Assembly (NCBI RefSeq): GCF_009914755.1 | Contig: NC_060939.1 | Length of the DNA: 64,000 nucleotides | Reading direction: 5' to 3' (one strand) | Source: the human T2T-CHM13v2.0 reference genome, Homo sapiens | Part shown: positions 36,135 through 54,184 of the stretch, piece by piece | Layout: each line of letters starts with the position of its first letter | How positions within the stretch are numbered: position 1 is the first letter of the stretch | The notes under the pieces: model-generated | The model's input: the letters and a program-made list of their open reading frames with translations, nothing else | What the model was told of the DNA's origin: nothing | Databases searched by the model: none | Position numbers and translations under genes: made by a program

Positions 36135-37312
36135 AAGCCCATGAAAAATGTTCAGCATCAGTAATCATTAGAGAAATGCAGATCAAAACCACAATGAATT
36201 ATCACCTCACACCCATTAGGATGGCTGCTATAAAACAACAAACAAGCGAAACAGAAAGTAACAAGTGTTGGTGCTATGGTCTGAATGTTTGTGTCCCCCT
36301 AAAATTCATATGTTGAAACCTAATCCTCAATGGAATAGTATTATAAGCATTACATAGTATTAAGCACCCTTAAGAGGTGATTAGGTCTTGAGGCCTCTGT
36401 CTTCATGAATGGGATTAATGCCCTTATAAAAGAGACCCCAGAGAGCTAGCTAGCCCCTTCCACCATGTAAGGACACGATGAGAAAATGTCATCTTTCAAC
36501 CAGAGAGCAAGCCCTCATCAGACACTGAATCTGCCAGCACCTTGATCTTGGACTTCCCAGCCTTCAGAACTGTGAGCAATAAATTTCCACTGTTCATAAA
36601 CCACCAGTGTATGACACTTTTATTATAGCAGCTAGAATGGACTAAGACAGTTGGCAAGGATGTAAAGAAACTGGAACCCTTATACACTGTTGATGGGATT
36701 GTGAAATGGTGCAACCTCTCTGAAAAACACTATGGCAGTTCCTCAAATAATTAAAAATAGAACTACTATCTGATTCAGCAATCCCACTTCTGCATCTATA
36801 TCCAAAAGAAGGAAAGCAGGGTCTCAAAGAGATATTCGTACACTCATATTCATCGCAGATTATTCACAGTAGGCAAAAGGTAGAAGCAACTCAAGTGTCC
36901 ATCAGTGGGTGAATGAGTAAACAAAATGTGGTATTTACGTATAATGGAATATTATTTATCCTTACAAAGCAAGGCTGTCCTGTCATGCTACATAGATGAG
37001 CCTTGAGGACATTACGCTAAGTGAAATAAGCCAGTCTCAAAATGACAAATACTGTATGATTCCTCTTATATGAGATGTCTAAAGTAGTGAAACTCATAGA
37101 AACAGAGTAGAACAGTCATACTAGGGGCTGGGGGAAAGGAAAAATGGACAGTTGTTATTTGATGGGTATAGAATATTAGTTTTTTTTGCAAGATGAAAAA
37201 GTTCTGGAGATCTGTCGTATAACACTGTGAATGCATATATAATATCACTGAACTGTACAGTTAAATATGGTAAAGATAGTTTTATATGTGTATCTTACCA
37301 CAATTTAAAAAA
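36135..37312 (+). mobile_element. L1MB-type 3' end containing an MLT1A0 insertion
   Basis: [24 protein letters not shown]2 C-terminal remnant; 3'UTR ending ccacaatttaaaaaaa. Confidence 0.85.
36272..36649 (+). mobile_element. MLT1A0-like solo LTR
   Basis: tgctatggtctgaatg ... ggactaagaca; perfect TSD GTTGG at 36267-36271 and 36650-36654. Confidence 0.9.
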
Positions 37313-37380
37313 ATTCATGACACATTGACTGATTCAACAAATTACATAAATAGATGGTCCTTATGGACTAATTGTATCTC

Positions 37381-37694
37381 TTTTTTTTTTCGTTTTGGGT
37401 TTTTTGTTTGTTTGTTTGTTTTGAGATGATCCCTGTAGCCCAGGCTGGAGTGCAGTGGCACAGTCTTGGCTCACTGCAACCTCTGCCTCCCGGGTTTAAG
37501 CAATTCTCTGCCTCAGCCTCCTAAGTAGCTGGGATTACAGGCGTGTGCCACCACACCCGGCTAATTTTTGCATTTTTAGCAGAGACGGGGTTTCACCATG
37601 TTGGCCAGGCTGGTCTTGAACTCCTGACCTTGTGATCCACCCACCTTGGCCCCCAAAGTGTTGGGATTACAGGTGTGAGCCACTGTGCCTGGCC
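37381..37694 (-). mobile_element. AluS
   Basis: Antisense Alu with (TTTG)n tail; TSD-like attgtat.tct. Confidence 0.9.
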
Positions 37695-38309
37695 TATTGT
37701 ATTTCTTAATAAGGATTGGTGCACGTATCCAAAGGCAAGGGGTTTTCAGGGGCTGAATTTGTTAGAAGATGTACCTAGCACCCCATCACGAACCTCCCTG
37801 CCCCATTTTGCCCTGGATATGCCTCTGAACTATGTGGTTGTTGTACTTTGCAGTGGTATTAATAGATTTGTATGATTAACCTTATTTTTCCTGGTTCTCT
37901 TTTAAATAGTCCATTTGTGTTATCAGTAACTATCTTTTAAAAGAGTATTTCTAAATCTTTCTAGGAGTTTGCAACTCATTATATTTGTTTATTAGAAATT
38001 AACCCACACTTTCTTTTGCCATAGATGGGATTGCTGTTCTTCATTTTTTCATTAATTCATCAAACAGACATGCCTATTGAATGTCATTCTTGAGATACAG
38101 AGGTTTGTGACATAGACTTTGCTCTCAGGAATCTCACAGACAAGGCAGATATGATTCACAAGACAGGGTAGGAAGTGCTGTGACAAAGGTGTGCACAAGA
38201 TGTTACAGGGACATAGAGGATGAGTATCTCTTTCAGGATGGGCCAGAGTATAAAGAAAGTCTTAGCAGAGGTAATGACTGGGTTAAACTTTATTTTAGCA
38301 TTAAAAATA

Positions 38310-39250
38310 CTTAAGAAACGGACAAATCCACAATCCTGGTGAGAGACTTCAACACACCCCTCTCAATAGCAAATAGAAGAGCAGAGAAAAATCAGTAAAG
38401 ATGTAGAAGATGAAACAAAACAACAACTGACATACTGAACACTGTACCTAGAATGACAGAATTCACATTATTTTCAAGTACACATAGTATACATACCAAA
38501 ATTGAATAATTGTTGGCCTAAGCTATGCTTGAGGAAATTCTGTAGTTGTACAAGCATATTAGAAAAGATGCAAGAGTGAAAATCAAGGATTTAAACTTCT
38601 ATCTCAGATTGAAAAAGAACAGTAAATCAAACCTAAGGAAAATAGAAGAAATAAAGAAGAGAAATAAGTGAATTAGAAAGCAAATGTATAACAAAAAAAA
38701 TCAAGAAAGCCCAAAATTGGTACTATGGAAAGATTAGTAAAATTGATGAACCCTTACAAAGACTAATTTCTTGAAATAGAGAAGATATAATATTAGGAAT
38801 GAAAAGGGGGATATCACTGTAGAGCCTACAAACATTAAAAGAAGGTATTTTTATCATCTTTATATCATGTATTTGATTGGATGAAATGCACAAATTTCTT
38901 GAAAAATACAACTTACCAAAGCTAACAGAAGAAAGAATAGAAAATCTAAGTAGTAAAATGTATATTAAGGAAACTTGTTTCTGTTATTTAAAACCTTTCC
39001 ACAAAGAAAACTGTAGGCCCATGTAACTTGTCTGGTGAATTCCTTCAGATGTTTAAGGAAGAACTCAGATTTTTCTAGATAATAGAAAAAGGGAATAGTT
39101 CCTAACTCAAATTGAACACATAAAATGAACAGTACATTACAATGAATTGGGTTTCTTTAAAGTATGCTAGGGTAGCTTAATGTTTAAAAATCAATGTGTT
39201 TCACCACATTGACAGGAAGTAGAAAAAGTAGATGATCATTTTGATATGAA
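38310..39250 (+). mobile_element. Degenerate old L1 ORF2 fragment
   Basis: gagacttcaacaca, aagattagtaaaattgat and acaaatttcttgaaaaatacaacttaccaaa ORF2-like motifs. Confidence 0.7.
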
Positions 39251-40342
39251 TTTTTAGCTTAGCAGAAAAGGCCCTTTTCAAAGAATCTGCCTGTCCTCCA
39301 GCCTCCTCTCCTTCCCTGTCATGTATACACACACTCCTTCAGCCATATATGGAATGGTTTGCACTTCTGAGGCATGGCATGTTATTTCTTGCCTCTCTGC
39401 TTTCACATGTATCATACTACCTGCTTCTTTACTCAGTAACTTACACTTGTCCTTCAAGTCAGTTTAGGATTCTTGGAAGATGTTGCCAGCATAGTCTTTC
39501 CTCCCCCTTTTTCCATCTTTATTGAGATATAATTTACATGCAACGAAAGGCATCTGGGTAACTACCACCACCACAATCAATATGTAGAATATTTGTATTA
39601 CCCTTAAAAGGGTGCTCCTTCTCTATAAATATTCCCCACATTGATCTATCTGCTTTCCGTTAGTGTAGATTAAATTCATATTTTGTGAGGTTTCATATAA
39701 TCTGTATTAACTCTTTTGTGTCTGGCTTTTTTCACTCAGTATGTTTTTGAGATTCACCCATATTGTTGTTTGTATCTGTAGTTCATTTTCTCTAACTGTT
39801 GAGTTGTATATCACTATATGGATATACCACAAATTGTTTATCCAATACATATTCATGGACATTAGAGTTTCTTCTAGTTTTTATTAAGAATAAAACGGTT
39901 ATAAACATTAGTATTCAAGTTTTGTGTGGACATATTTTCATTTCCCCTAAGTAAGTACATAAGAGTTAAATTGCTCAGTAATATTGTTGGTATATTCTTA
40001 ACTATGTAAGAAACCACCAGACTGTTTTCCAAAGTGGTTGTACCATTGTACACACCAATCAGCAATGCATGAGTGTTCTGTTTGCTTCATATCCTCAGCA
40101 AGACTTGCTATTGTCAGTCTCTTTAATTTCAGCCATTCTGCTGGGTATTGGTGGTATGTCATGATTTTAATTGATGTTTCTCTGATGAATTATGTTGAGT
40201 ATCTTTTAATGTGTTTATTGGCCATTAGTATTATCTTCCTTTGTGAAGTGTCTGTTGAAATATTTTGCCTATTGAGTTGTCTATAAGAGGTTATATATAT
40301 ATTTATGTATATATTCTGAATTCAAGTCCTTCATCAGATATG

Positions 40343-40778
40343 TGATAAAAGAAAAACTTCAGCCGAATTAAATTTAAAGGAGTTTAATTGAGCAATGAAT
40401 GATTCATGAATCAGGCAGCCCCTAGAATCACAGCAGATTCAGAGACTCCAGCACAGCCACATGATGGAAGAAGATTTATAGACCAAAAAAAAAAAGGGGG
40501 AAATGAGGTACAGAAATTGGAAGTGAGGTACAGAACAGCTGGAATGGTTACAGTTCAGCCTGTGCCTTATTGGAACACAGTTTGAACACACAGCAGTGAA
40601 TGAATGGTTGAAGTCTGGCCGCTGGGACTGGCCAAGACTTAGCTATTGTTACAGGTGCATACTACTAAGTTAGGTTTTCAGTTTTGTCTGCCTATGAAGC
40701 TAGGTTACAGTTCATCCACAAGGACACAAATGTAGAAGTATGGAGTCCTTCTCAGGCCATATTTAGTTTGCTTTAACG
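40343..40778 (-). mobile_element. ERV1 solo LTR, MER57A-like
   Basis: Minus strand begins gttaaagcaaactaaatatggcctgagaaggactcc; 4-bp TSD-like tatg / tata. Confidence 0.75.
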
Positions 40779-41169
40779 TATATATGTTGTGAATACTTTT
40801 TCTTAATCTGTGGCTTGCTTTTTCATTTTCTTAACGTTGCCTTTGGAAGAGCTGATACTTTAAATTTTATGAAGTCTGATTTATGAAATGTTTCTTTTAT
40901 GGTTCATACTTTTTGTGTCCTCTGTTTCTACCCCAGGGTGGCAAAGATTCTCTCCTATGTTTTATTTTAGAAATTTTATAGTTTCAGCTAGTACATTTAG
41001 GTCTATGATTTATTTTTAGTTAATCTTTGTGTATGATGTGAGGTAAGGGTCAAGGTCCCCTTCTTCCCAACTATGGATAATTTGATTGTCCCAGCACCAT
41101 TTTTTGAAGAGATTGTACTTCCTTCATTGAATTATTGTGGCACTTTTATTGAAATCAATTGACCTTGTA

Positions 41170-42320
41170 CAAGGGGTCTTCAAAAAGTTCATAGAAAGTA
41201 TATTGTGAAAAATCTATACAAGGATTTCATTTTTTTTGCACCAAAATAAACATCTACTAACTTGTTATAACATGTCTGAACAGGATCTAGTTTGAGGCAC
41301 TAAGAAAGAGGAGACATCAGTTTGAAAACAACCCCTATTAGAGCAACATGGATTTTGCTAAAATTGAAGAAAGAACAAACATCACATTTATGGTGAAGCT
41401 TGGATGGAAGAAGAGTGAAATCAATGATGCTTTATGAAAAGTTTATGAGGACAGTGTTCCCAAAGAAATTGGCAGTTTATAAATGGATAAATCATTTTAA
41501 GAAAGGATGAGACAATGTTGAAGATAAAGCCCATAGTGGCAGACAATCCACATCAGTTTGCAAGGAGAAAATGAATCTTGTTCATGCCCTAATTGAAGAG
41601 GATCAATGATTAACAGTACAAACAATAGTCAGCATCATAGATATCTCAATTGGTTCAGCTTACACAATTCTGACTGAAAAATTAAAGTTGAACAAACTTT
41701 ATGTTGATGAATACCAAAACTCTTGTGCCCAGATGAACTGCAGACAAGAACGGAGGTTTCTTTTTCTTTTTCTTTTTTTTTGGAGACAGAGTCTCACTCT
41801 GTTGCCCAGGCTGGAGTGCAGTAGTGTGATCTTGGCTCACTGCAACTTTCGCCTCCTGGTTTGGAGTAATTCTTGTGCCTCAGCCTCCTGAGTAGCTGGG
41901 ACTACAGGCACCCACCACCATGCTAGGCTAATTTTTGTATTTTTGAATAGAAATGGGGTTTTGCCATGCTGGCCAGACTGGTCTTGAACTCCTGGCTTCA
42001 ATTGATCTGCCTGCCTCAGCCTCCCAAAGTTCTGGGATTACAGGCATGAGCCACTGTGCCTGGCCCAAAAGCAGAGCTTTCAATGGAAATTTTTAACAAG
42101 TGGGATCTAGATCCCAAAGCATTTCTTCGAAGAACTGCAACAGATGAAACATGGCTTTACCAGTATGATCCTAAAGACAAAGCACAATCAAAGCAGTGGC
42201 TAGAAAGAGGTGGAAGTGGTCCAGTCAGAGCAGATGTGGATCAGTCAAGTGCAAAGGTCATGGCAATAGTTTTTTGGGATGCTCAAGGCATTTTGCTTGT
42301 TGACTTGCTGGAGGGCCAAA
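41170..42320 (+). mobile_element. HSMAR2 mariner transposon, 3'-truncated, with degraded transposase
   Basis: TA + caaggggtcttcaaaaagttca TIR; remnants MDFAKIEERTNITFMVKLGWK and AFLRRTATDETWLYQYDPKDKAQSKQW...VFWDAQGILLVDLLEGQ match the Hsmar2 transposase. Confidence 0.92.
41761..42065 (-). mobile_element. AluS inserted in HSMAR2
   Basis: Antisense Alu; degenerate TSD aagaacggaggtttc / aaaagcagagctttc. Confidence 0.9.
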
Positions 42321-44147
42321 GTGCAGGGATTACAGACATGAGCCAAGTTGTACTATTCTTACTATCTTTTTAGTGCCTGTGGGATCTGTTGTGCCATCTT
42401 CTCTTTTATTCTTGTTGTGAATTTGTGTCTTCTCACTTTTTATTCTTGATCAATCTAGATAGAGATTATTATTTTTTCAAAGATCTATATTTTTGTTTCA
42501 TTAAATTTTCTGTTTTCTATTTCATTTACCTAAGCTCTATATTTATTTCCTTCTACTTATTTCTGGTTTAGTTTGTTATTTTCTGACTTCATACAGTGGA
42601 AGCTTATATTATTATTGCTTTTTTTCTAAGTATTTAAAATCATAAGCTTTCCTTTGAGTACTATTTTCACTATATATCCCAATTTTTTTCTATGTTGTAT
42701 TTTCATTTTCATTCAGTTTAAAATGTTTTATTCTGTGATTTTTTTTTACCCATGGGTAATTTCACATTGTGTTATTTAATTTGTAAATATTTGGAGATTT
42801 TCCAGTTATCTTTATGTAATTTTTTTCTAATTTAATTCTTTTATGACCAGAAAGCCTACTCTATAGTATTTCATTCTTCTTTTAAAAACCTACTCTATAT
42901 TATTTCAGTCTTTATGGAAGGTATGCATATGGTATATCTTTTTGAATGTTTTGTGTGCATTTGAAAATAATGTATATTCTGCTGCTGATGATAGGTATTC
43001 TATGAATGTCAGATCAAGTAGGTTGATTGTGTTAAGTGTTCCATATTCCTAATGTTATTCAGTCTACAAGTTCTGTCCATTACTGAAAAAGGAGTTTTGA
43101 GGTTTCCAATTCTAATTGTAGATTTATTTCTCCTTTCAGTTGTGTCAGTTTTTGCTTCATGTATTTTGAATAGCTGTTATTGGGTACAAGCACATTCAGG
43201 ATTGTTACGTTTTCTTGATGAATTTAACCCTTTATCATAATGAGATGTTCCTTTTTATCTCTGGTAATGATCCTTGACCTGACACATGTTTGTCTGAGAT
43301 TGACATAGCCATTCCAGTTTTCTTATTATTAGAGTTTAAATGCTATATCTTTTTATCTCTTTTTATCTGTTTCTTTACATTCAAAATGAATTTTTTCTAG
43401 ATAGAATATCGTCTGATCTTGCTTTTAAAATCTATTCTGACAACCTCTTTTCAGGGTTTAGACCCCTTGCATTTAATGTGATTTTCTGTGTAAGTTTAAA
43501 TCTGCCATCTTGTTATTTTCTGTTTATCACATCTATTTTTGTTTGTTTCTTTTTCCCTCTTTTCGTTACTTTTGGGTTAATTCAGTGTTTTTTTAGGATT
43601 CCATTTCATTTTCACAATTGGTTTATTAGCTACTCCTCCTTTATCACCACCCACCATGGCTGTTGTAGGGTTTACAATATACATCTCTAACTTATCACAG
43701 TCTGTCTTCAAATATATGCTGCTTCCTGTGTAATGTATGAAACTTAACAATAGTGTACTTCCATTTGTCCCCTGGACAAATGTGCTGCTGTTGTCATATA
43801 GAGCATATTCATGAAATAGCTTCTTCAATACCCTTTTCTGCTAATTTTATCATCTCTTAAATTTCTGAGTTTGTTTCTGTTGACTCATTTTTCTCAAGGC
43901 TACTAGTCATTGTTGCTGGTTTTTCATATATCTAGTACTTTTTGATCAGATGTCAGATATTGTGACTTTTACATTGCTGCATGCTCACTTTTGTTGTATT
44001 CCTTTAAAGAGTACAGAATTTCTTTCAAGCAAGTAGTTAAGTTACTAATAATCAGTTTGACCCTTTTGAAGCTTATTTTTAATCTCTTTTAAGGTAGATC
44101 TAGAGTAGCTTTTACTCTAAGGCTGATTTAGCAATACTCCTGATGTA

Positions 44148-44278
44148 TTTTTTTTTTAAATAGAGATAGGGTCTCATTATGTTGCCCAGGCTAGTCATGA
44201 ACCCTTGGCCTCAAGCAATCCTCCCATCTTGGGCTTCCAAAGTACTGGGACCATAGGTGTAAGCTACCACATCTGGCC
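44148..44278 (-). mobile_element. FLAM-like Alu left monomer
   Basis: ~130-bp antisense left arm. Confidence 0.8.
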
Positions 44279-45706
44279 CTCATGTATGTTTTCTACTGAA
44301 TGTCCTGTGTATTCAATGAAGTCTCTCTACTCTAGCTAGTTGTAACTTAAACATTCCCAGACCTGTGGAATTCTAGGACTGTTTGACTTACAATTCCTGG
44401 TGATTCTTATTTTTCCAGAAGTTGTTCTTGCTCAGTCTTATGGTATTTCGTTCTGCATATGTACAGATAGCTATTCAGCCAGAGATTCAAGGAACGCATA
44501 TGCAGGTTTCTAAAGCTCTTCCTCTGTGTTGTCTTCCTCTCTTAAGTGCCCTGCCCTGAAAACTGCAGCATCTTGGCCTACCTGACCTCCCATCTCTTTC
44601 TTCTCAACTCACTGGGATTGCAGGCTCTGTTTGGATTTCCATTCTCTGTGCCAAAGTCTGGAAATTAATTTTAGGAAGAAAGCCTGGGTGATGGTAGGGC
44701 TCACTTTGTCTCCCTTTTATCAGATATCACAGTCCTGTACTGTCTATTTTCTACTGTCTGAAAATAGTTGCTTCCAATAGTTTTGTCCAGTTTTCTAGTT
44801 GTTTATAATAGGAGTATAAATTTTGACCCTCTTATTCCCTGTTGGTCAGAAATGACATCACAGCTTTTGTATTTTCTCCTATCTCCCCATAAAAATAGAC
44901 AGTTCAAACAGGGCTGCAAAACCAAAGACCCATGGATAACATCTACAACTAAAACTAGATGACTAGGCATTCCTGTGACCTTCCAAATATGAGTGGATGG
45001 AGCTACATCACTGACAGCTTGAAGACCTGTGTGATGTCGTTATCTATACGGGGGGGAAAAAAAGGCATTTCAGCTTCTGATACCTTGAGATTGCTAAGGC
45101 TATATCAAAAGGACAGGGCCAACTTGAAAAGGTCCTCATAGCTAAAGAGAGGCAATGTAAAGATCAGTAACTGCAAAGGATCGAAACAGCAAATATATTT
45201 AAATTTGTAAGTTTCAAATGACACTTTTTTAAAAAAAAACCCTCATTGTAATCTTTGGAGGATACTAGAGAACCACCTCATTATTTTGAAAGCTGACAAA
45301 TACAAGAAATGAGGGTGAGCATTTATCCCACCTTTCCTATTTTTACCTAGTATAACAAAATAGTTGATGAGGCAAAATTCCTCTTTCGAGATGTATTCTG
45401 TCTCATAAAGAATGAATGAAAAAATTTAAAAATTACCATTTTGCAACCCCAGATGAATTAATGAGTGTAGGCAGTGATTATCAATGGCTGCTAATATCAC
45501 AAAAAGAATAAAAAACCATTATGTACCTACTATGGAATCGAATACCTGTCACTTAGGAAGTAATCTTATAAAATCTGAGAAAAAAAAATCCAACCTGAAT
45601 CTGCAAGCTTCTTGATCTACCGCTTTTTGAGAATTATAAGACAGAGTTACATATTAAAACACACCATGGAGATACAAAAACAAAATTTAGTGAGGGGACT
45701 TTAGGG

Positions 45707-46014
45707 CAGGGGTTAGCACACAATGCGTGGGACACATCTGGCCCATTGCCTGTTTTTGTATGGCTTTTGAGCCAAGAATAGTTTTTACATTATTAAATGG
45801 TTGAAAAAATTCAGAATATTTTGTGAATTATGAAAATTGCAGCGTTCATAAAAAGGTTTTGTTGGAACACAGCCATGCTTATTTGTTTATGTATTGTTTG
45901 TGGCTGCTTTCGTGCTACAAGGGCAGAGTTGAGTAGGTGCAGGAGTCTGTACAATCAAAATGCCAAAATATTTACTCACTGGCCCTTAACAACAAAAAAA
46001 ATTGTCAATCCCTA
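45707..46014. mobile_element. MER58B-like hAT MITE inside an old L1 3'UTR (~45080-46830)
   Basis: caggggttagca ... ggaacacagccatgc ... aaaatatttact..ctggccct ... tcaatccct. Confidence 0.78.
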
Positions 46015-46284
46015 ATCTAGAGGACTAATGGCCTGGTTTCTTTAACAAAAAAATTCCAAGAAAAAGGATGAAAGGAAAAATCAGTAAGACTTAAGAGACA
46101 TGACAAGTATCACAATATGTGGACCTTATTTGGATCCCTATTCAAAACACCATGTTTAAAAAACCAAGATCATCAGGAAAATGTGAACAGCAACAAAGAT
46201 ACTCGATGATATTACGGAATTGTTAATTTTTAAAGGTGTGATAATGATTTTGTGATTATATTTTAAGAGGTCCTTAGCTTTTTA

Positions 46285-46604
46285 TTTTTATTATTTATTT
46301 ATTTATTTTATTTTTTTTTTTGGAGACAGAGTCTCGCTCTGTCGCCCAGGCTAGAGTGCAGTGGCGTGTTCTCAGCTCACTGCAAGCTCTGCCTGCCAGG
46401 TTCACGCCATCCTCCTGCCTCAGCCTCCTGAGTAGCTGGGACTACAGGCGCCCGCCACCATGCCCAACTAATTTTTTGTATTTTTTAGTAAAGACGGGGT
46501 TTCACCATGAAAGCCAGGATGGTCTTGATCTCCTGACCTCGTGGTCCACCTGCCTCGGCCTCCCAAAGTGCTGGGATTACAGGTGTGAGCCACTGCGCCT
46601 GGCT
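46285..46604 (-). mobile_element. AluY
   Basis: ctgcaagctc / ttcacgccat diagnostics; TSD ggtccttagcttttta / ggtccttggcttttta. Confidence 0.93.
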
Positions 46605-47545
46605 GGTCCTTGGCTTTTTAGAGATAGATTCTGAAATATATACAGATACTTGGATTTGCTTCAGAATAATCCAGGGAGATGGGAGTTGTTGAGTGTGGAT
46701 GTAAGTAAAATAAGATTGGCCATGTTATGAAAATTGTGACTGGAAGATGGGTGCGTAGTGTGATGGCTCATCACACTGTTTTACTATTTTCTCTAGCTTT
46801 GAATGTTTGAAAACTTAGAGTTTAAAATAAATCAGTTATTTCAAAATAAGTTTAAAAAATCAGTTCAAAGGCCATTTCCTCTGGACCTAGTAATTGAATG
46901 CCTCTTTTCTGTGCTTCTGTAGAATCATGGAACTTACCACATTGATTATTGTTGGGTGGTTATTTGTTTAACTTCCCCTAGACTCCCAGCTCCTTGAGGG
47001 CAGGGACCATTTGACTTTGATCTGTAGTGTCAGTTATAGGACATAGCACGTAATCTGGTACATACTTCTGGAACAAATATAATAACTTTTCATGGCATAT
47101 CATGATTTCTAGATGATAAAAATTGTAAAACACAGTCGTCCTTTTTTGTTGACATTATTTATTTTTATTTACTTTACTCCTTCCAAATAGCCTATAGTTC
47201 AGCATGAAACCAAACTGGTTATATAGCTTTTATAAATCAGGAAAAATATAACTCCAAAATAAAGTAAGTTATAGAATGGGCATCTTAGTTTGAGCTATCT
47301 CAGTCTGAGATATGATATTAAGTGTGGAATAGGTACTTTGAAGTAAGGCAGGTATTGCTTCTCCAAGCACAATATTGTATGTTTCTGAATATTGCAGAAA
47401 TATCCATATTCAAATCTAAGACCAAAATCTAATCAAACCAGCTACAAATTATTTCTATCTATCTTATTATTCCCTTTTGTTAGCTTAATACCTTAATTAT
47501 TAGCTTAACCTAACAACTGGTTATGATTATTGAAAATTTAATTTT

Positions 47546-47826
47546 TGCCTGGGTGTGGTGGCTTATGCCTATAATCCCATCACTTTGGGAGGCCCAGGCT
47601 GGAAGATTGCTTGCGACCAGCCCGTACAACATAGCGAGACCCCATCTCTACAAAAAAATTTAAAATTAGCTGGGCATGGTGGTGCATGCCTATGGTCCCA
47701 GCTATTCAGGAGGCTGAGGTGGGAGGACTGCTTGAGCCCAGGAGATCAAGGCTGCAGTGAGTTATCATCGTACCACTGCACTCCATCCTTGGCAACAGAG
47801 CAAAACTCTGTCTCCAGAAAAAAGAA
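47546..47826 (+). mobile_element. AluJ with left-arm deletion
   Basis: cttgagcccagg and caaggctgcagtgag; TSD gaaaat.taatttt. Confidence 0.87.
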
Positions 47827-49153
47827 AATGTAATTTTAGAAATCCCAATCTTTTGCTTTGTTTTCCCTCTTCACATCGTTGTCTTCATATTTGTAGCAAT
47901 TCTCTTATCATGGATTTTTTTTTTTTCTGTTTTCAGTGAAATTTGATCCTCACAAACTGAGCTCCAGGATAGTGAGTCAGAAACACAACCCTGAAGCTTA
48001 AGCCAGGGTCTAATTTTTAAATAAATCACCTGGCACCAAAACACCTTCTCACATTCATCAAGAAGCGCTTTTGGTGTTCTGGGCCTGGGGACGAAGTGCA
48101 CTGTGAAATGATCAGTCATCCAGTTACTTTTGTAACCTGATTCTCCTATGCTGTTTTCCTCTGAATCAGGGTTTTAACAGCAGGTGTGAACATTTAGAAT
48201 TGTCATTTTCATAAAAATAAAATGCTGTTTTCTTCAAAGCATTTACAAAATCATAATGGGAAGATTTTAAAGCTAATTTACCTAGCTAAATGCCAGTGAC
48301 ACCCCATGATATTCTCCTGGCTTCCTTGCCCAAACTGGTAGGTGAAGTCAGAACTGAGGGGTGTCTGAGGTACTAATGGAACTAGCTCAATGGCAGAGTC
48401 AACAGCAAGGGAAACAGACTCAGTAGGGTTAAGGGCACAGGTAGTTTTTCCCACCATCTTTGGACTTCAGATTGTGTACATCTTATCTGTGCATCCATTT
48501 TCTTAGGTACTTTTCTCCCTTTCGTTGATGGCTTCCTTTTTATCTCTATGGCAAGTCTTCATTATGTATGATAGCAGGGGCCACGGAGTGCATGGATGAC
48601 CACAATTTAGAAACGCACTTCATAATTTATAATGCATGAAAAGCAAAGCTTGAGATTCTCTTTATATGAAGTGTAGTGTGGCGCCCCATCTTGGTGGCAT
48701 TCTGGCCACTGCCCCTCAGGCTGTGCCAGAACTGGGCAAATTAAGGGATGGGTCAAAGTGTGTTAGGAGGAAATGGGGGTGTCAACCATGTGCCAGAAAT
48801 TGGCCCTCTTTCATTCAACAGACATGCTGGGCACAAAGATGAATGTACCCCAGTTCTTGATCTCATGAAGTTTGCAGTGAGGTGTAGGGGCTACAAAAAG
48901 AAGACAGGGTAGAAGCAACAGCCAGCCATTGCAGGGCACAGCACCTCCTGCTGCTAGACTCCATGCAGATTTGACAGCCCTTATTTCTACTCCATCCCTG
49001 TGCATCACCTGACACCATTGACAAGTTTCTCTGCTGGAAACTCTCACCCCTCTTAGCTTCCACATTACTCTGTCCTGGACATTAATTCTTGGTATTGGCT
49101 CTTGTTCTTTTGTCTGATGGTAAATTAGCATTTCCTAGAGTTCTCCACTCTTT

Positions 49154-53475
<4,322 letters not shown>

Positions 53476-54033
53476 TGATTCTTGACCTGGTGGGGGAACA
53501 GTATCCAAAGCTCCAGTAGCAGAAGCTCCCTTGGTGATTTTGACACATTTCCCCCTCCTCTTGGACAGATTCTGTGTCTTATATTTTAACCCCTAGCACA
53601 GTGGCCAGCTGTGGTAGGAGCTCAGTGATGTTAACCGCATGTTTAATGGCAGTAAGCACAGCATGCTATGAGAACACAGAGCAGGTCACTTAATTGTGAG
53701 AAAGTCAGGAAAAGCTACAGAGAAGCTATCAGTTGAGCCAAACTGAATTCTCTAGATGGATAAGCCTTAAAAGAGATTCAAACAGGTGGATTTTCACAGC
53801 AAGGCAGATCAGTTATTGAAATTTATGTATGGCAAGTGGTTAGACACACAGGCTTCTTTACTAAATCTCAGCATTAGGAGGAAAGAACTCTTTCTGAATT
53901 TTGAACATTAGCATAAGTCAAATAAAAGTAAGATGTTCTATATCATTGGATAGGTAATAGATTTGTGGTCATCACTGCTCCCAAGAAATGATACTGGTCC
54001 TGGCATGAAATAGTCTAATTAATTTTTAAAAAT

Positions 54034-54168
54034 AATTTCAATTTTCATTTTAGATTCAGGGGTACATGTGCAGGTTTGTTACCTGAATATATTGTGTGAT
54101 GCTGAGGTTTAGGATACAAATGATCCCATCACCCAGGTAGTGAGCATAGTACCCAATAGATAGTCTTT
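54034..54168 (-). mobile_element. Short 3' end of an older L1PA (L1PA15/16-like)
   Basis: ggggtacatgtgcaggtttgttac..gatcccatcacccaggtagtgagcatagtacccaatag; TSD taattaatt. Confidence 0.85.
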
Positions 54169-54184
54169 TAATTAATTGTAATAA

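Larger units (their letters stand above)
39510..44860 (-). mobile_element. Long old L1M in antisense, fragmented by LTR, HSMAR2, Alu and FLAM insertions and by deletions
   Basis: Ordered antisense L1 motifs run from the 3' end (tttattgagatataatttaca) through ORF2 (cccagcaccatt, aatgtatattctgct) toward the 5' region. Confidence 0.7.

Noticed and set aside
42056-42373. Mariner transposase-like ORF as a domesticated gene
   Set aside because: Upstream stops, an Alu interruption and 3' truncation remove most of the catalytic domain.
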